The notes under the pieces were generated by a model, which saw only the letters and a list, made by a program, of their open reading frames with translations, did not search any database and was not told where the DNA came from. From positions 3,642,023 through 3,706,022 of the forward strand of contig OY781043.1 of the NCBI GenBank assembly GCA_963676165.1: DNA of 64,000 nucleotides, written 5' to 3'. The position numbers and the translations under genes are program-made. This stretch comes from Bacteroidales bacterium (GTDB lineage: Bacteria; Bacteroidota; Bacteroidia; Bacteroidales; ML635J-15). Below, one piece after another: positions 1-9,506 of this stretch. The stretch's first letter is position 1. Each line of letters begins with the position of its first letter.

Positions 1-272
1 TTTTTGCTTTTGTCTTTTATCACAGGAAAAACAAAATGCAAGTCGGGATGCACGAGTTTTTGGAATTTCTTACATGACGGACATTCTCCGCAACTGTCTG
101 TTTCAGTGGGATTGCTACAACTTAAATATTGCGCATAGGCAATTGCTAGCGGAAGCTTACCACTACCCGGAGTACCATAAAACATTTGCGCATGATTAAT
201 TCTTCCATCCTTAACGGTTTGAATCAATCTTGCCTTAATGGCACCCTGTCCAACAATCTCTTTAAACTGCAT
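1..272 (-). CDS. holB: DNA polymerase III subunit delta' (N-terminal ~90 aa; gene runs off the left edge)
   Basis: Not in the ORF track because it is truncated. Reverse-strand translation from ATG at 272-270 gives MQFKEIVGQGAIKARLIQTVKDGRINHAQMFYGTPGSGKLPLAIAYAQYLSCSNPTETDSCGECPSCKKFQKLVHPDLHFVFP. It has a P-loop-like GTPGSGK plus a CxxCxxC zinc module and HPD, as in clamp-loader delta' N-termini. Confidence 0.7.
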   Translation of the reverse strand, partial: MQFKEIVGQGAIKARLIQTVKDGRINHAQMFYGTPGSGKLPLAIAYAQYLSCSNPTETDSCGECPSCKKFQKLVHPDLHFVFPVIKDKSK

Positions 273-374
273 GCAACGATTTTTTTTCAAAATTACGAAT
301 TTGTACGGAATAATAACAGGATACTTTTCAGAATTTATTAAGGTCTGTTTCTAAAGATTCCGTAAATTCGCTAT

Positions 375-1355
375 ATGAAATTCAGAACAGAGATACCTCA
401 CAATTCTTCGGAATTTAACATTCATCATGCACAAAAGCTTTGCTTCTTAGGTTCTTGTTTTACGGAAAATATTGGACGCAGAATGCTAGATAATCAGTTT
501 AATGCCATTGTTAATCCCTTTGGTGTTTTGTACAATCCAGCATCCATAGAAAAACATTTATGGTCCATAATACATGGGAATGAACCTGATATCAAAGCAT
601 TGTATCGACACAAGGACATGTATTTGCATTTTGATTTTCACAGCAAATTTTCAAATCCAAATAAAGCAAAAGCCATTCAGCAAATGCAAGAGGCTTTTCA
701 CTCAGTTGATCTGACATCCATAGATTATCTGTTTATTACGTGGGGTACAGCTCGAATTTATCGCAATAAAGCAGATCATTCTGTTGTAGCAAATTGCCAT
801 AAATTGCCAGCAAAAGAATTTCTTCGTGAAGCGCTTAGCGTTGACTCCATTGTAAAATCCTACGATACACTTATTGAAAAATTGAGACAGGCAAATCCGA
901 AATTAACCATTGTATTAACTGTTTCACCGGTTCGTCATTTAAAAGATGGTTTCATTGAAAATCAGAGAAGTAAATCGCGACTAATTTTAGCAGCAGAAAC
1001 TCTTGAGTCAAGAAACCCGAATGTACATTATTTTCCTGCATATGAATTAATGATGGACGATTTAAGAGATTACCGCTTTTACGATGACGATTTATTACAT
1101 CCTAACAATCAAGCACAAAGCTATATTTGGAATTATTTTTCAGAGTGTTTCTTTTCAGATGAAACAAAACACATCAATCAGGAAATTGAGCAATTATGCA
1201 AAGCGAAACAACATAAACTCTTCTTCCCTGACAGCGAGGAAACGAAGAAATTTGCTGATGCACATTTAAAAAAATGTCAAACGCTTAGTAAGCAATATCC
1301 TGATGTCGATTTGCAGATGTATATTGATTATTTTGCAGGTCTTAGCAAGAAGTAG
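375..1355 (+). CDS. GSCFA-family protein
   Basis: 326-aa ORF with the family-defining LGSCF motif near the N-terminus (KLCFLGSCFTENIG). Size and layout are typical of Bacteroidota GSCFA proteins. Confidence 0.65.
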   Translation: MKFRTEIPHNSSEFNIHHAQKLCFLGSCFTENIGRRMLDNQFNAIVNPFGVLYNPASIEKHLWSIIHGNEPDIKALYRHKDMYLHFDFHSKFSNPNKAKAIQQMQEAFHSVDLTSIDYLFITWGTARIYRNKADHSVVANCHKLPAKEFLREALSVDSIVKSYDTLIEKLRQANPKLTIVLTVSPVRHLKDGFIENQRSKSRLILAAETLESRNPNVHYFPAYELMMDDLRDYRFYDDDLLHPNNQAQSYIWNYFSECFFSDETKHINQEIEQLCKAKQHKLFFPDSEETKKFADAHLKKCQTLSKQYPDVDLQMYIDYFAGLSKK

Positions 1356-1382
1356 ATTGGATCAAGTGAAGAGATTAGGATG

Positions 1383-1431
1383 TTTTTGGCATAACTTTTT
1401 GCAATTTGAAAGCAAAAACGTATGCCAAAAA
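1383..1431. repeat. Two-tier palindromic intergenic repeat (family member 1)
   Basis: TTTTTGGCATA-ac-TTTTTGC-aatttgaaa-GCAAAAA-cg-TATGCCAAAAA. The outer 11-bp and inner 7-bp arms are perfectly complementary. It lies 28 nt after the stop of a + strand gene, between convergent genes. Confidence 0.7.
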
Positions 1432-1507
1432 CAGATACAATTTTGTTTGTCTAGTACCTAGACTTGAAGGTCTGGGTTATAAGCAAAGTTTCTGGGATAA
1501 AAACAAC

Positions 1508-3649
1508 TTACCAAACAATCTCCATATCAACAATTTTCCGTTGCAAATCTACATTGATAATTCGAATGCGAAGATCATCCCCTAGTCTGTATCGTTTGCC
1601 AGAATGTTTTCCATAAAGTTGATAATTATCTTCATCAAACACATAAAAATCATCCGTCAAACTGCGCATTGGAACCAAACCTTCGCATGCATTTTCTTTG
1701 ATTTCAACAAAAAGTCCAAATTTTTGCACTCCGGAAATCACACCATCGAATTCTGTTCCCAATTTATCCTGAAGAAATTCAGCTTGTTTGTATTTAATGG
1801 ATGAACGCTCTGCTTTGGTTGCCAATTGTTCCATATCGCTACTGTGCTTACACAACAATTCATATTTATCCATACGAGCAGAATCGCCCCCATTGAGGTA
1901 ACGCGTAAGCAAACGATGCACCATCATATCAGGGAAACGACGAATTGGGGAAGTAAAATGAGTGTAAAAATCAAAAGCCAAACCGTAATGCCCAATATTG
2001 GTTGTGGAATATTCTGCTTTTGCCATGCTACGAATGGCCAGATCTTCCACAACATGCTGTTCAGGCTTCCCTTGAACCTTTTTCAAAATAGTATTCATGG
2101 AAGAGGAAAGCTTCTGGGTATTGCCAGCATCAATTTTGTATCCAAATCGTTTGATAAAACTTTGAAAACCATGGATACGATCAATATTTGGCTCATCATG
2201 GATACGGTAAACAAAGGTCAAATATTTTTTCTGAGCCTTACCAATAAATTCAGAGACTTTTCGATTTGCCAAGAGCATAAATTCCTCGATCAACCAATTG
2301 GCTTCCTTCATAGTTTTTGTATAAACCCCAGTCGGTTTTCCATCCTCATCCAATTTGAATTTAATTTCATCTCTTTCGAAATTAAATGCTCCACGCACAA
2401 AGCGATTATCTCTCAATTTGGTAGCAAGCTCATGCAAATCACCAATTTCTTTTGACAACTCACCTTCATGGCTTTCAATTAGTTTTTGAGCATCATCGTA
2501 TGTAAAGCGACGATCTGAATTTATGATGGTTCTACCTATCCAATAATCCTTCACTTCAGCGTTTTCAGTCATTTGAAAGACAACTGAATAACAGAGCTTA
2601 TCCTCATTAGGACGAAGTGAGCAAATAAAATTTGACAAACGTTCTGGCAACATCGGAACAACTCGATCAACCAAATAAACTGAAGTTGCGCGTTTCTCTG
2701 CTTCATCATTCAACACAGATTTTTCATTGACATAATGGGTTACATCAGCAATGTGTACCCCAATTTCAAACAGTCCATTGTCCAATTTTCTATAAGACAA
2801 AGCATCATCAAAATCCTTTGCATCATCAGGGTCTATAGTAAATGTTGTAACATTTCGAAAGTCACGTCTAGAAGCAATTTCTTTCTCAGATATTTCAGCA
2901 GGAATTTGCTCAGCATCCTTCATAACAGATTCTGGAAACTGATATGGCAAATCGTACTCTACCATGATAGCATGCATTTCCACATCGTTATCACCAGGTT
3001 TTCCAAGGACTTCAAGTACTTTTCCTTCTGGTGATTTACTGTGATCAGGCCAACGCGTAATGCTAACTATGGCTTTTTCACCGTTTTTCGCTCCATTCAG
3101 CTGCTGTGGAGGAATGAAAATATCAAAAGGAATGAATTTCCCATCAGGAATTAAGAAGGCGTAACCTTGTGCTGCCTCAATCACACCGACAAATTTCATT
3201 TTTCGACGTTCGATAATCTCTACAACTTCGCCTTCGTAAAATTCGGAATTGCGCTTACCATATAAATTGACTTTAACAATATCACCATGAAGCGCATTTT
3301 TCAAATTCTTCCAATTCACAAGAACCTCTTCATCCACATCGCTGCTAATGATACTTGCAAATCCACGTCTTGACATTTTCACTTGACCAGTAATTTGTCC
3401 AGTTCGCGGTTTCATGCGGTATCTACCACGATGAACTTCTTCGAGTTTTTTCTCCTGCATGAGTTCATTTAAAAGAGATGCAATTAGCTTTCTTTCTTGT
3501 TTATCGTAGGATAATAACTGAGATGACACTTGTTTATAATTAAGCAACCTACCTTTTTGCTGGCTGAAAATCGCCATGATTTTCTGTTTTAGTTGCTGTT
3601 TATCAATATTTTGACTCTTATTTAGAGCGTAATGATTATTTTTTGGCAT
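1508..3649 (-). CDS. rnr: Ribonuclease R (3'-5' exoribonuclease)
   Basis: 713 aa. N-terminal winged-helix/cold-shock-like region, central RNB catalytic core (TIDPDDAKDFDDALS, VYLVDRVVPMLPERLSN, HYGLAFDFYTHFTSPIRRFPD) and a C-terminal S1 domain (GVISGVQKFGLFVEI). Confidence 0.92.
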   Translation of the reverse strand: MPKNNHYALNKSQNIDKQQLKQKIMAIFSQQKGRLLNYKQVSSQLLSYDKQERKLIASLLNELMQEKKLEEVHRGRYRMKPRTGQITGQVKMSRRGFASIISSDVDEEVLVNWKNLKNALHGDIVKVNLYGKRNSEFYEGEVVEIIERRKMKFVGVIEAAQGYAFLIPDGKFIPFDIFIPPQQLNGAKNGEKAIVSITRWPDHSKSPEGKVLEVLGKPGDNDVEMHAIMVEYDLPYQFPESVMKDAEQIPAEISEKEIASRRDFRNVTTFTIDPDDAKDFDDALSYRKLDNGLFEIGVHIADVTHYVNEKSVLNDEAEKRATSVYLVDRVVPMLPERLSNFICSLRPNEDKLCYSVVFQMTENAEVKDYWIGRTIINSDRRFTYDDAQKLIESHEGELSKEIGDLHELATKLRDNRFVRGAFNFERDEIKFKLDEDGKPTGVYTKTMKEANWLIEEFMLLANRKVSEFIGKAQKKYLTFVYRIHDEPNIDRIHGFQSFIKRFGYKIDAGNTQKLSSSMNTILKKVQGKPEQHVVEDLAIRSMAKAEYSTTNIGHYGLAFDFYTHFTSPIRRFPDMMVHRLLTRYLNGGDSARMDKYELLCKHSSDMEQLATKAERSSIKYKQAEFLQDKLGTEFDGVISGVQKFGLFVEIKENACEGLVPMRSLTDDFYVFDEDNYQLYGKHSGKRYRLGDDLRIRIINVDLQRKIVDMEIVW

Positions 3650-3753
3650 AAAGTTTGTTTAGCATTCACAAATTAATCGAATATTTGCAACATAAGAAAA
3701 TTGTTGTACTTTTAAAGTGAAAATTTAAAATTTATTTATTAAAAACCAGGATT

Positions 3754-4344
3754 ATGAAGACAACTACTATTTTGAAAAATGTTTTGCTTATCGGATTTGT
3801 AAGCACAGCAATGATCTTTACTTCTTGTAAAAAAGAAGAAAAAACGGTAAAAGCTAACGCAGGTGCAACTAAAGTTATTATTCCATGTCAATCAGAAGGT
3901 CGTTCTGATAAAGATTTCTTCAGAGCTGACGCAAGTGCTGGATCACAAGACATGAACCTTTCACGTGAAAAAGCTTTGAGCGCCGCAAAACAACGTTTAG
4001 CAGGTTTGATCGAAACAAAAATCAAATCAGTCACTGATCGTTATGTCAATGAAACTGAATTTGGAGAAAACTCACAATTCGAAGCTAAATTCGAAAACCT
4101 CACTCGTGAAGTCATTAACCAAAAACTCGTTGATGTTGCAGTAATTTGTGAAGAAACTTTAAACGAAGCGAATGGTAAATATACTACCCACACTGCAATT
4201 GAAGTTAGCAAAGATGCAATGTTGAATGGAATCGAAAACTCATTGTCAAAAAATCAAAAATTACAAGTTGATTATGACAAAGCTAAATTCGAAGAAATTT
4301 TCAACGAAGAAATGAGTAAAATGGAAGAAGAAGGTGTTTATTAG
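3754..4344 (+). CDS. Hypothetical lipoprotein (LPP20-like coiled region)
   Basis: 196 aa. Signal peptide followed by a lipobox-like FTSC. Charged helical body. Confidence 0.55.
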   Translation: MKTTTILKNVLLIGFVSTAMIFTSCKKEEKTVKANAGATKVIIPCQSEGRSDKDFFRADASAGSQDMNLSREKALSAAKQRLAGLIETKIKSVTDRYVNETEFGENSQFEAKFENLTREVINQKLVDVAVICEETLNEANGKYTTHTAIEVSKDAMLNGIENSLSKNQKLQVDYDKAKFEEIFNEEMSKMEEEGVY

Positions 4345-4383
4345 AAAGCGCCTCTAAAGAAATTGAAAAGCCAGCTTTTTGCC

Positions 4384-5207
4384 ACGAATGGTCGGAAGAT
4401 TAATCTTCCGACTTTTTTATGTTTATATGAATAACAAAAATCATCCAACACACTGACATTTAGTAATATATGCTTGTTTTATTTGTGGGAATTTTGTATC
4501 TTAGTATCTGTTAATCAATTGTATATGATAGATTTTAAAGATCACAAAATTCAAGTTAATCAACTTTAAAATGTTATTCCTGAAAGCCTATTAGCAAATT
4601 TATCTACCTCCACCAAGGTGGATTACTACACAAAGGTTTTACATAGCAAAAGATGAAGAATTAGAAACACTCATTAAACCAGAGCAGGGTCTAGATCTAG
4701 GAAACTCTATTTTAATAAAAGATTCTAAAGTCAAACTCTATACAGGTATTCCCATTAAAAACAAGCGGGGTAACATTCATTATCGGGAAGAGTTAGTCAA
4801 TACTGAGTTCCGTTTGATTATTATAAAAAGTAAAGAAAAGCAGGATCAGCAATATTGGTTCTTAACCAATGATTTTAAGTTAACTGCTAAAGAAATAGCT
4901 TAAGCTTATCGACGCAGATGGGACATAGAGGTGTTTTTCAGATTTATTAAGCAAGAATTAAACGTGAACCACTTAGTCTCCTTGAATAAAAACGGTATTG
5001 AAGTAATGATGTATATGACCTTGATTGTGGCAATGCTTATTCTAATATACAAGAAGGCAAACAATCTCGGATATAAAACAGCCAAAAGAAGATTTGCTAT
5101 GGAAGTTCGTAATCTTGCAATTACCTTAATAGTGAGTCAATGCGGAGGAAACCCTGATCTTATGTTTAAAACATAAAAAATGGTCGGATTTTCTTCCGAC
5201 CATTCGT
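4384..5207 (+). mobile_element. Decayed IS4-family (DDE_Tnp_1-type) insertion sequence, about 0.82 kb, internally deleted
   Basis: Terminal inverted repeats ACGAATGGTCGGAAG (4384-4398) and CTTCCGACCATTCGT (5193-5207). Flanking 10-bp direct repeat GCTTTTTGCC (4374-4383 and 5209-5218). The inside carries transposase fragments ending in the signature AYRRRWDIEVFFRFIKQEL. Confidence 0.75.
4595..5176 (+). pseudogene. IS4-family transposase C-terminal fragment, interrupted by an in-frame TAA
   Basis: The frame reads ...YWFLTNDFKLTAKEIA*AYRRRWDIEVFFRFIKQELNVNHL..., with the stop at 4901-4903. An N-terminal-type fragment (LANLSTSTKVDYYTKVLHSKR*) lies in another frame at about 4590-4650. The element is far too short to hold a full transposase. 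Confidence 0.65.
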
Positions 5208-5327
5208 GGCTTTTTGCCGGCTTTTTTGTGACATTAAAATAAAGTTTGTTGCATAAAGAATTTGTTGATCCATGATAAATTTCAATAAATTTAGGTAAAT
5301 TTGTTATCCATCAAAAGTCTTGAAATT

Positions 5328-6677
5328 ATGCTTAATGCTTTAGTAATCATAAGTCTTATTTTATCAATAACCATTCTTCTGATTTTGCTGTTTAAGAAAA
5401 AGGAAAATGCCATTGATTTATCAAAACTGGATAAAATCGAAAATGACCTAATCCGCTTTGACAGTCGGCTTGAAAACACTGAAAAATCGATTAAAGATGA
5501 ATTTCAGCGTAATCGGTCAGAAAGCAATCAAATCGCGACAACAAACCGTGAGGAGCTAAGCAAATCGCTAGAAGCTTTTAGTACTCGTTTTGAAAAAAAT
5601 GTCAAAGAGTTAAACAGTTTACTTAAAGAAAATTTCAACGAGTTTAATAAACAACAAACAGAGAACTCAATACAGTCAATTGATAACATTAAAGAGGTTC
5701 GTTTATCCATAGAAAAACAACTTGTAGCAATCCGTGAGGACAACAATCGTCAACTTGAAGAAATGCGTAAAACGGTGGATGAGAAACTCCAAAAAACGTT
5801 AAACGAAAGGCTAAGTCAATCATTTGAGACAGTTGGGAAACAACTCCAAGCGGTTCAAGAAGGTCTTGGAGAAATGAAAACACTAGCCTCAGATGTTGGT
5901 GGCTTAAAAAAAGTGCTTAGCAACGTAAAAATGCGAGGTGGAATTGGTGAAATTCAATTGTCAATGCTGCTTGAACAAATCTTAGCACCAGAACAATATG
6001 AAGCCAATGTCAAAACGAAAGCTAGCAGTAACGATCTGGTTGAGTTTGCTATCAAATTACCGGGGCAAGATGCGGATGGAACTCATGTTTGGCTACCGAT
6101 AGACGCGAAATTCCCAAAAGACATTTACGAACAACTTCAAGACTCCTATGATGTTGGAGATACCGATCAAATTGCAAATGCGCAAAAAGTGATGGATAAT
6201 ACCATTAAAAAAATGGCAAAAGACATCAGTGAAAAATATCTTGATCCTCCTGGTACAACAGATTTCGGAATTATGTTCCTTCCTTTTGAGGGCATTTATG
6301 CAGAGGTTGTTCGAAAGGCAGCCTTGCTTGAAGAGCTGCAAGTGAAATACAAAATCATAGTCACAGGACCAACTACCTTAGCAGCTATCCTCAACAGTTT
6401 ACAAATGGGATTCAAAACCTTAGCCATTCAAAAACGTAGTAGCGAAGTTTGGCAAGTGCTTGGAGCTGTCAAAAAAGAATTTGGCAATTTCGGAGGCATG
6501 ATGGAGAAAGCACAGAAAAACATCCAAACCGGTATGAATCAACTTGATGAAGTAATGGGAAAACGGACACGTGCCATCCAGAGGAAACTTAAAAATGTGG
6601 AAGCACTAAGCGAAAGTGATGCGCAACGCATTTTACCAGGCATTTCAGACGCTGAATTATTTCCTGAAGAAGAATAA
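5328..6677 (+). CDS. rmuC: DNA recombination protein RmuC
   Basis: N-terminal TM helix, long coiled-coil, and a C-terminal RmuC nuclease-like domain (RGGIGEIQLSMLLEQILAPEQYE, VWLPIDAKFP, MFLPFEGIYAEV). I prefer the ATG at 5328 to the track's TTG at 5301. Confidence 0.85.
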   Translation: MLNALVIISLILSITILLILLFKKKENAIDLSKLDKIENDLIRFDSRLENTEKSIKDEFQRNRSESNQIATTNREELSKSLEAFSTRFEKNVKELNSLLKENFNEFNKQQTENSIQSIDNIKEVRLSIEKQLVAIREDNNRQLEEMRKTVDEKLQKTLNERLSQSFETVGKQLQAVQEGLGEMKTLASDVGGLKKVLSNVKMRGGIGEIQLSMLLEQILAPEQYEANVKTKASSNDLVEFAIKLPGQDADGTHVWLPIDAKFPKDIYEQLQDSYDVGDTDQIANAQKVMDNTIKKMAKDISEKYLDPPGTTDFGIMFLPFEGIYAEVVRKAALLEELQVKYKIIVTGPTTLAAILNSLQMGFKTLAIQKRSSEVWQVLGAVKKEFGNFGGMMEKAQKNIQTGMNQLDEVMGKRTRAIQRKLKNVEALSESDAQRILPGISDAELFPEEE

Positions 6678-6908
6678 ACAACTTCTTTAACCTTAATTAA
6701 CACGAATCTAACGTAAGAAATCTAAAAACAGAAAATCATTCTGATGTCAAATTGGGACTAATAAAATACAGAGGAGTTAACGGAGGTTACTTCAAAGAAT
6801 TTTAGATCTAACTCACGTTAAAACACACTTGCTTTCTGGAGAAACTGTAATTAGCCTGCTACAACTATTTTCACAGTTCAGACGAGTTCATCGATCATAC
6901 ATAATTAA

Positions 6909-7740
6909 AGGGATCATATCATTAATATCAAACGAACCGCAAATCAGAGCGTCAAAAATCATCACCCCCGAGATCCATGATGCGCTGGAAACTAAGCTCA
7001 ATAGCCCCGACTCCCCGTTTTTAGGCTATTGGGAAGCGCAACAATGGGTTGAAGAAGAATTCAATGTTTCAATAAAATACCATTGGTTAAGAAAATACTT
7101 AATTACCCATTTTAAAACGAAGCTGAAAAGCCCCAGGAAATCCCATTACAAAAAAGAAGAACAGGCTATTGAATCCTTTTTTAAAACTGCCAGAGACATT
7201 CAACGACCTTAGAATTAGTCTGGATAATGATAAATATTCAGGAATAAACCTGTACTTCCAGGATGAAAGCCGTTTCGGATTAATGACACATATAGGCAAA
7301 TATCAACATGCTTTTAAAAACACTTATCTGTACGGCAGTTACTCTCCGGTAAATGGAGATTCGTTTGTATGGGAAATCAATGGTACAGACACCAAAATAT
7401 TTGAGGCTTACCTACAGGCTTTTTCCAAACATCGTGAGACAGAATATAAAATTGTAGTTATTGACAATGCAGGGTTTCATTCAACTAGGAACATAAGTGT
7501 CCCGGACAATATCTTATTGCTCAATATTCCCCCTTATTGTCCCGAACTGAATCCTTGTGAAAAAATATGGCAACACATCAAATCAAGGTTCAAAAATCAC
7601 ACTTTTGAAACGATGAAAAATGTAAAAGATTGGTTGGCAACAAGTGTAAACCAAATGACAGAAAAACAAATAATGTCAATAACCCTCAATAAAAAATATT
7701 TAACTAGTTTCAATGAGGCGTTCTTGGGTTAAATTGGTAT
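6909..7740 (+). mobile_element. IS630-family element 'ISa', copy A (5'-truncated)
   Basis: Homology to copies B and C begins abruptly at about 6909 (GIISLISNEPQIRASK...). The right end is TTAAATTGGTAT at 7729-7740. It keeps the D..D..E blocks (YFQDESRFG, VVIDNAGFH, PPYCPELNPCEKIW). It lacks about 255 bp of the left end and has a 36-bp in-frame deletion (LTAKGIKPIVKY) between CAAATAT direct repeats at about 7303. Confidence 0.8.
7169..7732 (+). pseudogene. ISa copy A transposase DDE-domain ORF (orfB part, 12-aa deletion, no intact upstream orfA)
   Basis: 187-aa ORF with DDE_3-type motifs. The N-terminal HTH part of the transposase is truncated, so it is unlikely to be functional alone. Confidence 0.6.
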
Positions 7741-8032
7741 TATAATATCAAGCGATTAATAAATATTCTGGGAATTGATGCACTAATCGAATCTTTCAAT
7801 AAGGGAAAGAGGTTTTGTGCTCAAATATTAACCAGATATGGAATCAAATTAAGACTTTTAAGACCTCTAAATTATTTACACAAACAAGGCTGCACAAAAT
7901 CAATCCCTAATTATCACTACTTATTTAGCAACTATAGGCTTATGAGGGCATGAATTTTTCTTGACTCATAGCCTCGACTATCCGACGCGCATTCCTTTGC
8001 TGAGCGAGACTTTGAGAAGAAAACTTTAGCAA

Positions 8033-8059
8033 AAAAAAAGGAAGTCAAAGGCTTCCTTA
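8033..8059 (-). terminator. Rho-independent terminator downstream of tRNA-Val
   Basis: The minus strand reads AAGGAAG-cctttga-CTTCCTT followed by T9. Confidence 0.55.
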
Positions 8060-8061
8060 TG

Positions 8062-8136
8062 TGATCCTTCGCAGATTTGAACTGCGGACCTCTTGCCTGT
8101 CAAGCAAGCGCTCTAAACCAACTGAGCTAAAGGATC
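8062..8136 (-). tRNA. tRNA-Val (anticodon GAC)
   Basis: Hand-folded 75-nt cloverleaf. Acceptor stem GATCCTT/AAGGATC, D stem GCTC/GAGC, anticodon stem CTTGC/GCAAG with loop TTGACAG, variable loop AGGTC, T stem CGCAG/CTGCG with loop TTCAAAT, discriminator A. CCA is not encoded. Confidence 0.9.
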
Positions 8137-8258
8137 AATGGATGCAAAAGTACAAATATTTTCTTTAATTTCAATTTTGCATGAAAAATTCAATCTATTC
8201 TGCTTGACATTTTTTGATTACAAACTTTTTTGTGTACTTTCATTTTGATTTAAAACAC

Positions 8259-9449
8259 ATGAAACGCAATAAAAATATAGAAAGGTTTGTTTCGGCTGTA
8301 TCCATCGTGATAGGTTGGATTTTTATCGTTCCATTGTCATTACTATTTCCACGAAAGAAAGGCTTGGTTGTTTTAATTGGCAGAGATTCAAAATATTACA
8401 GCGACAATACAAAGTATTTTAATAATTATTTGTTGCACGAAAATTATCCCCATGCTTATATTCTATTTGAAAAGAAACATGATGTTGCGAAGGCTTTACC
8501 AAACAGTCTGTATTTTCCAAGTTTACGGGCGTCAATTATGTTGTTACGTGCAGAATATCTGATAGTTGATACATCTACATGGTTTTATAATTTCAAAGCA
8601 TTTTTATCCATAAAGGCAAAACGAATTCAACTATGGCATGGTGTAAGCTCTAAGAAAATTGAGATGGCAACCGATCAATTTAACCAAGGTTCGTTGAAAG
8701 GCTTGAAACGTTTATATGGAATTCTGCGTGGACAGTTTTTAACCTATAAACTTATCGCTTCAACCTCTGATTATTATACCGAACACTTGTATAAAAATGC
8801 ATTTCGGTACAAAGAAATCCTTCCATTGGGACAAAGTCGGAATGATGTGTTTTTTCGGAGTCTGAATGACAATGATTTATTGAATGCAGATGCGAACCTT
8901 ATGCATTTTTTAATGGAGAAGAAAGAAAAAGAGCATGTTGGAATTATCCTTTATACTCCTACCTATCGCAATAATTTGAGTATTGATTTGTTGGATTTTG
9001 AACGTATCAATTCCTTTTGTGTTGAACACAATTTTATGTTTGTCTTGAAATACCATATTTTGAGTCCTGTGCCCGATACCGGAGATTTTTCTCATGTCTT
9101 TTTGTACGATAGAACCCGAGATGTATATCCTCTCATGACAATTTGTGATGTGATGATTACCGACTATTCATCCATTTATATTGATTATTTATTGCGCGAT
9201 AAACCAGTGTTGTTTTATATTCCAGACTTTGAGGAATATCAACGTGTTGAGGTAGGTTTGCGCAATGATTTTTATGAGACGAGTCCTGGAGAAAAGATAC
9301 ATACTCAAGATGAATTATTGCAGGCGCTTTCAAACATAAAACAAGGGAAAGATTCCTTTACAGAAGCTCGAAAGCAAATTCTAGACTTATCTTATCAATA
9401 CAAAGATGGAGATGCTTCAAAACGTTTGTTCGATTATTTAAACCTTTAG
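8259..9449 (+). CDS. CDP-glycerol glycerophosphotransferase family protein (TagB/TagF-like)
   Basis: N-terminal membrane-associated segment. C-terminal transferase region with LYTPTYR and ITDYSSIYIDYLL blocks characteristic of TagB/TagF-type enzymes. I prefer the ATG at 8259 to the track's TTG at 8214. Confidence 0.7.
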   Translation: MKRNKNIERFVSAVSIVIGWIFIVPLSLLFPRKKGLVVLIGRDSKYYSDNTKYFNNYLLHENYPHAYILFEKKHDVAKALPNSLYFPSLRASIMLLRAEYLIVDTSTWFYNFKAFLSIKAKRIQLWHGVSSKKIEMATDQFNQGSLKGLKRLYGILRGQFLTYKLIASTSDYYTEHLYKNAFRYKEILPLGQSRNDVFFRSLNDNDLLNADANLMHFLMEKKEKEHVGIILYTPTYRNNLSIDLLDFERINSFCVEHNFMFVLKYHILSPVPDTGDFSHVFLYDRTRDVYPLMTICDVMITDYSSIYIDYLLRDKPVLFYIPDFEEYQRVEVGLRNDFYETSPGEKIHTQDELLQALSNIKQGKDSFTEARKQILDLSYQYKDGDASKRLFDYLNL

Positions 9450-9506
9450 GCTTCTTTCCATTATTTTTCTAACTTTGATTACTCTAACCATTGATTTTGA
9501 ACGAAC

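Noticed and set aside
1604-2455. Antisense or overlapping ORFs inside long genes (for example 1604-1804, 1826-2455, 21762-22178, 36014-36256, 49608-50051, 51415-51825 and many 60-100-aa ORFs in the track).
   Set aside because: They lie opposite or out of frame within well-supported conserved genes. They have low-complexity or hydrophobic-junk composition and no start context. They are typical shadow ORFs of AT-rich sequence.
5328-6677. RmuC nuclease-domain protein next to IS debris as a possible defence gene.
   Set aside because: It has the standard single-gene rmuC architecture (TM + coiled coil + RmuC domain) found as a housekeeping gene. The flanking IS fragments are unrelated insertions.
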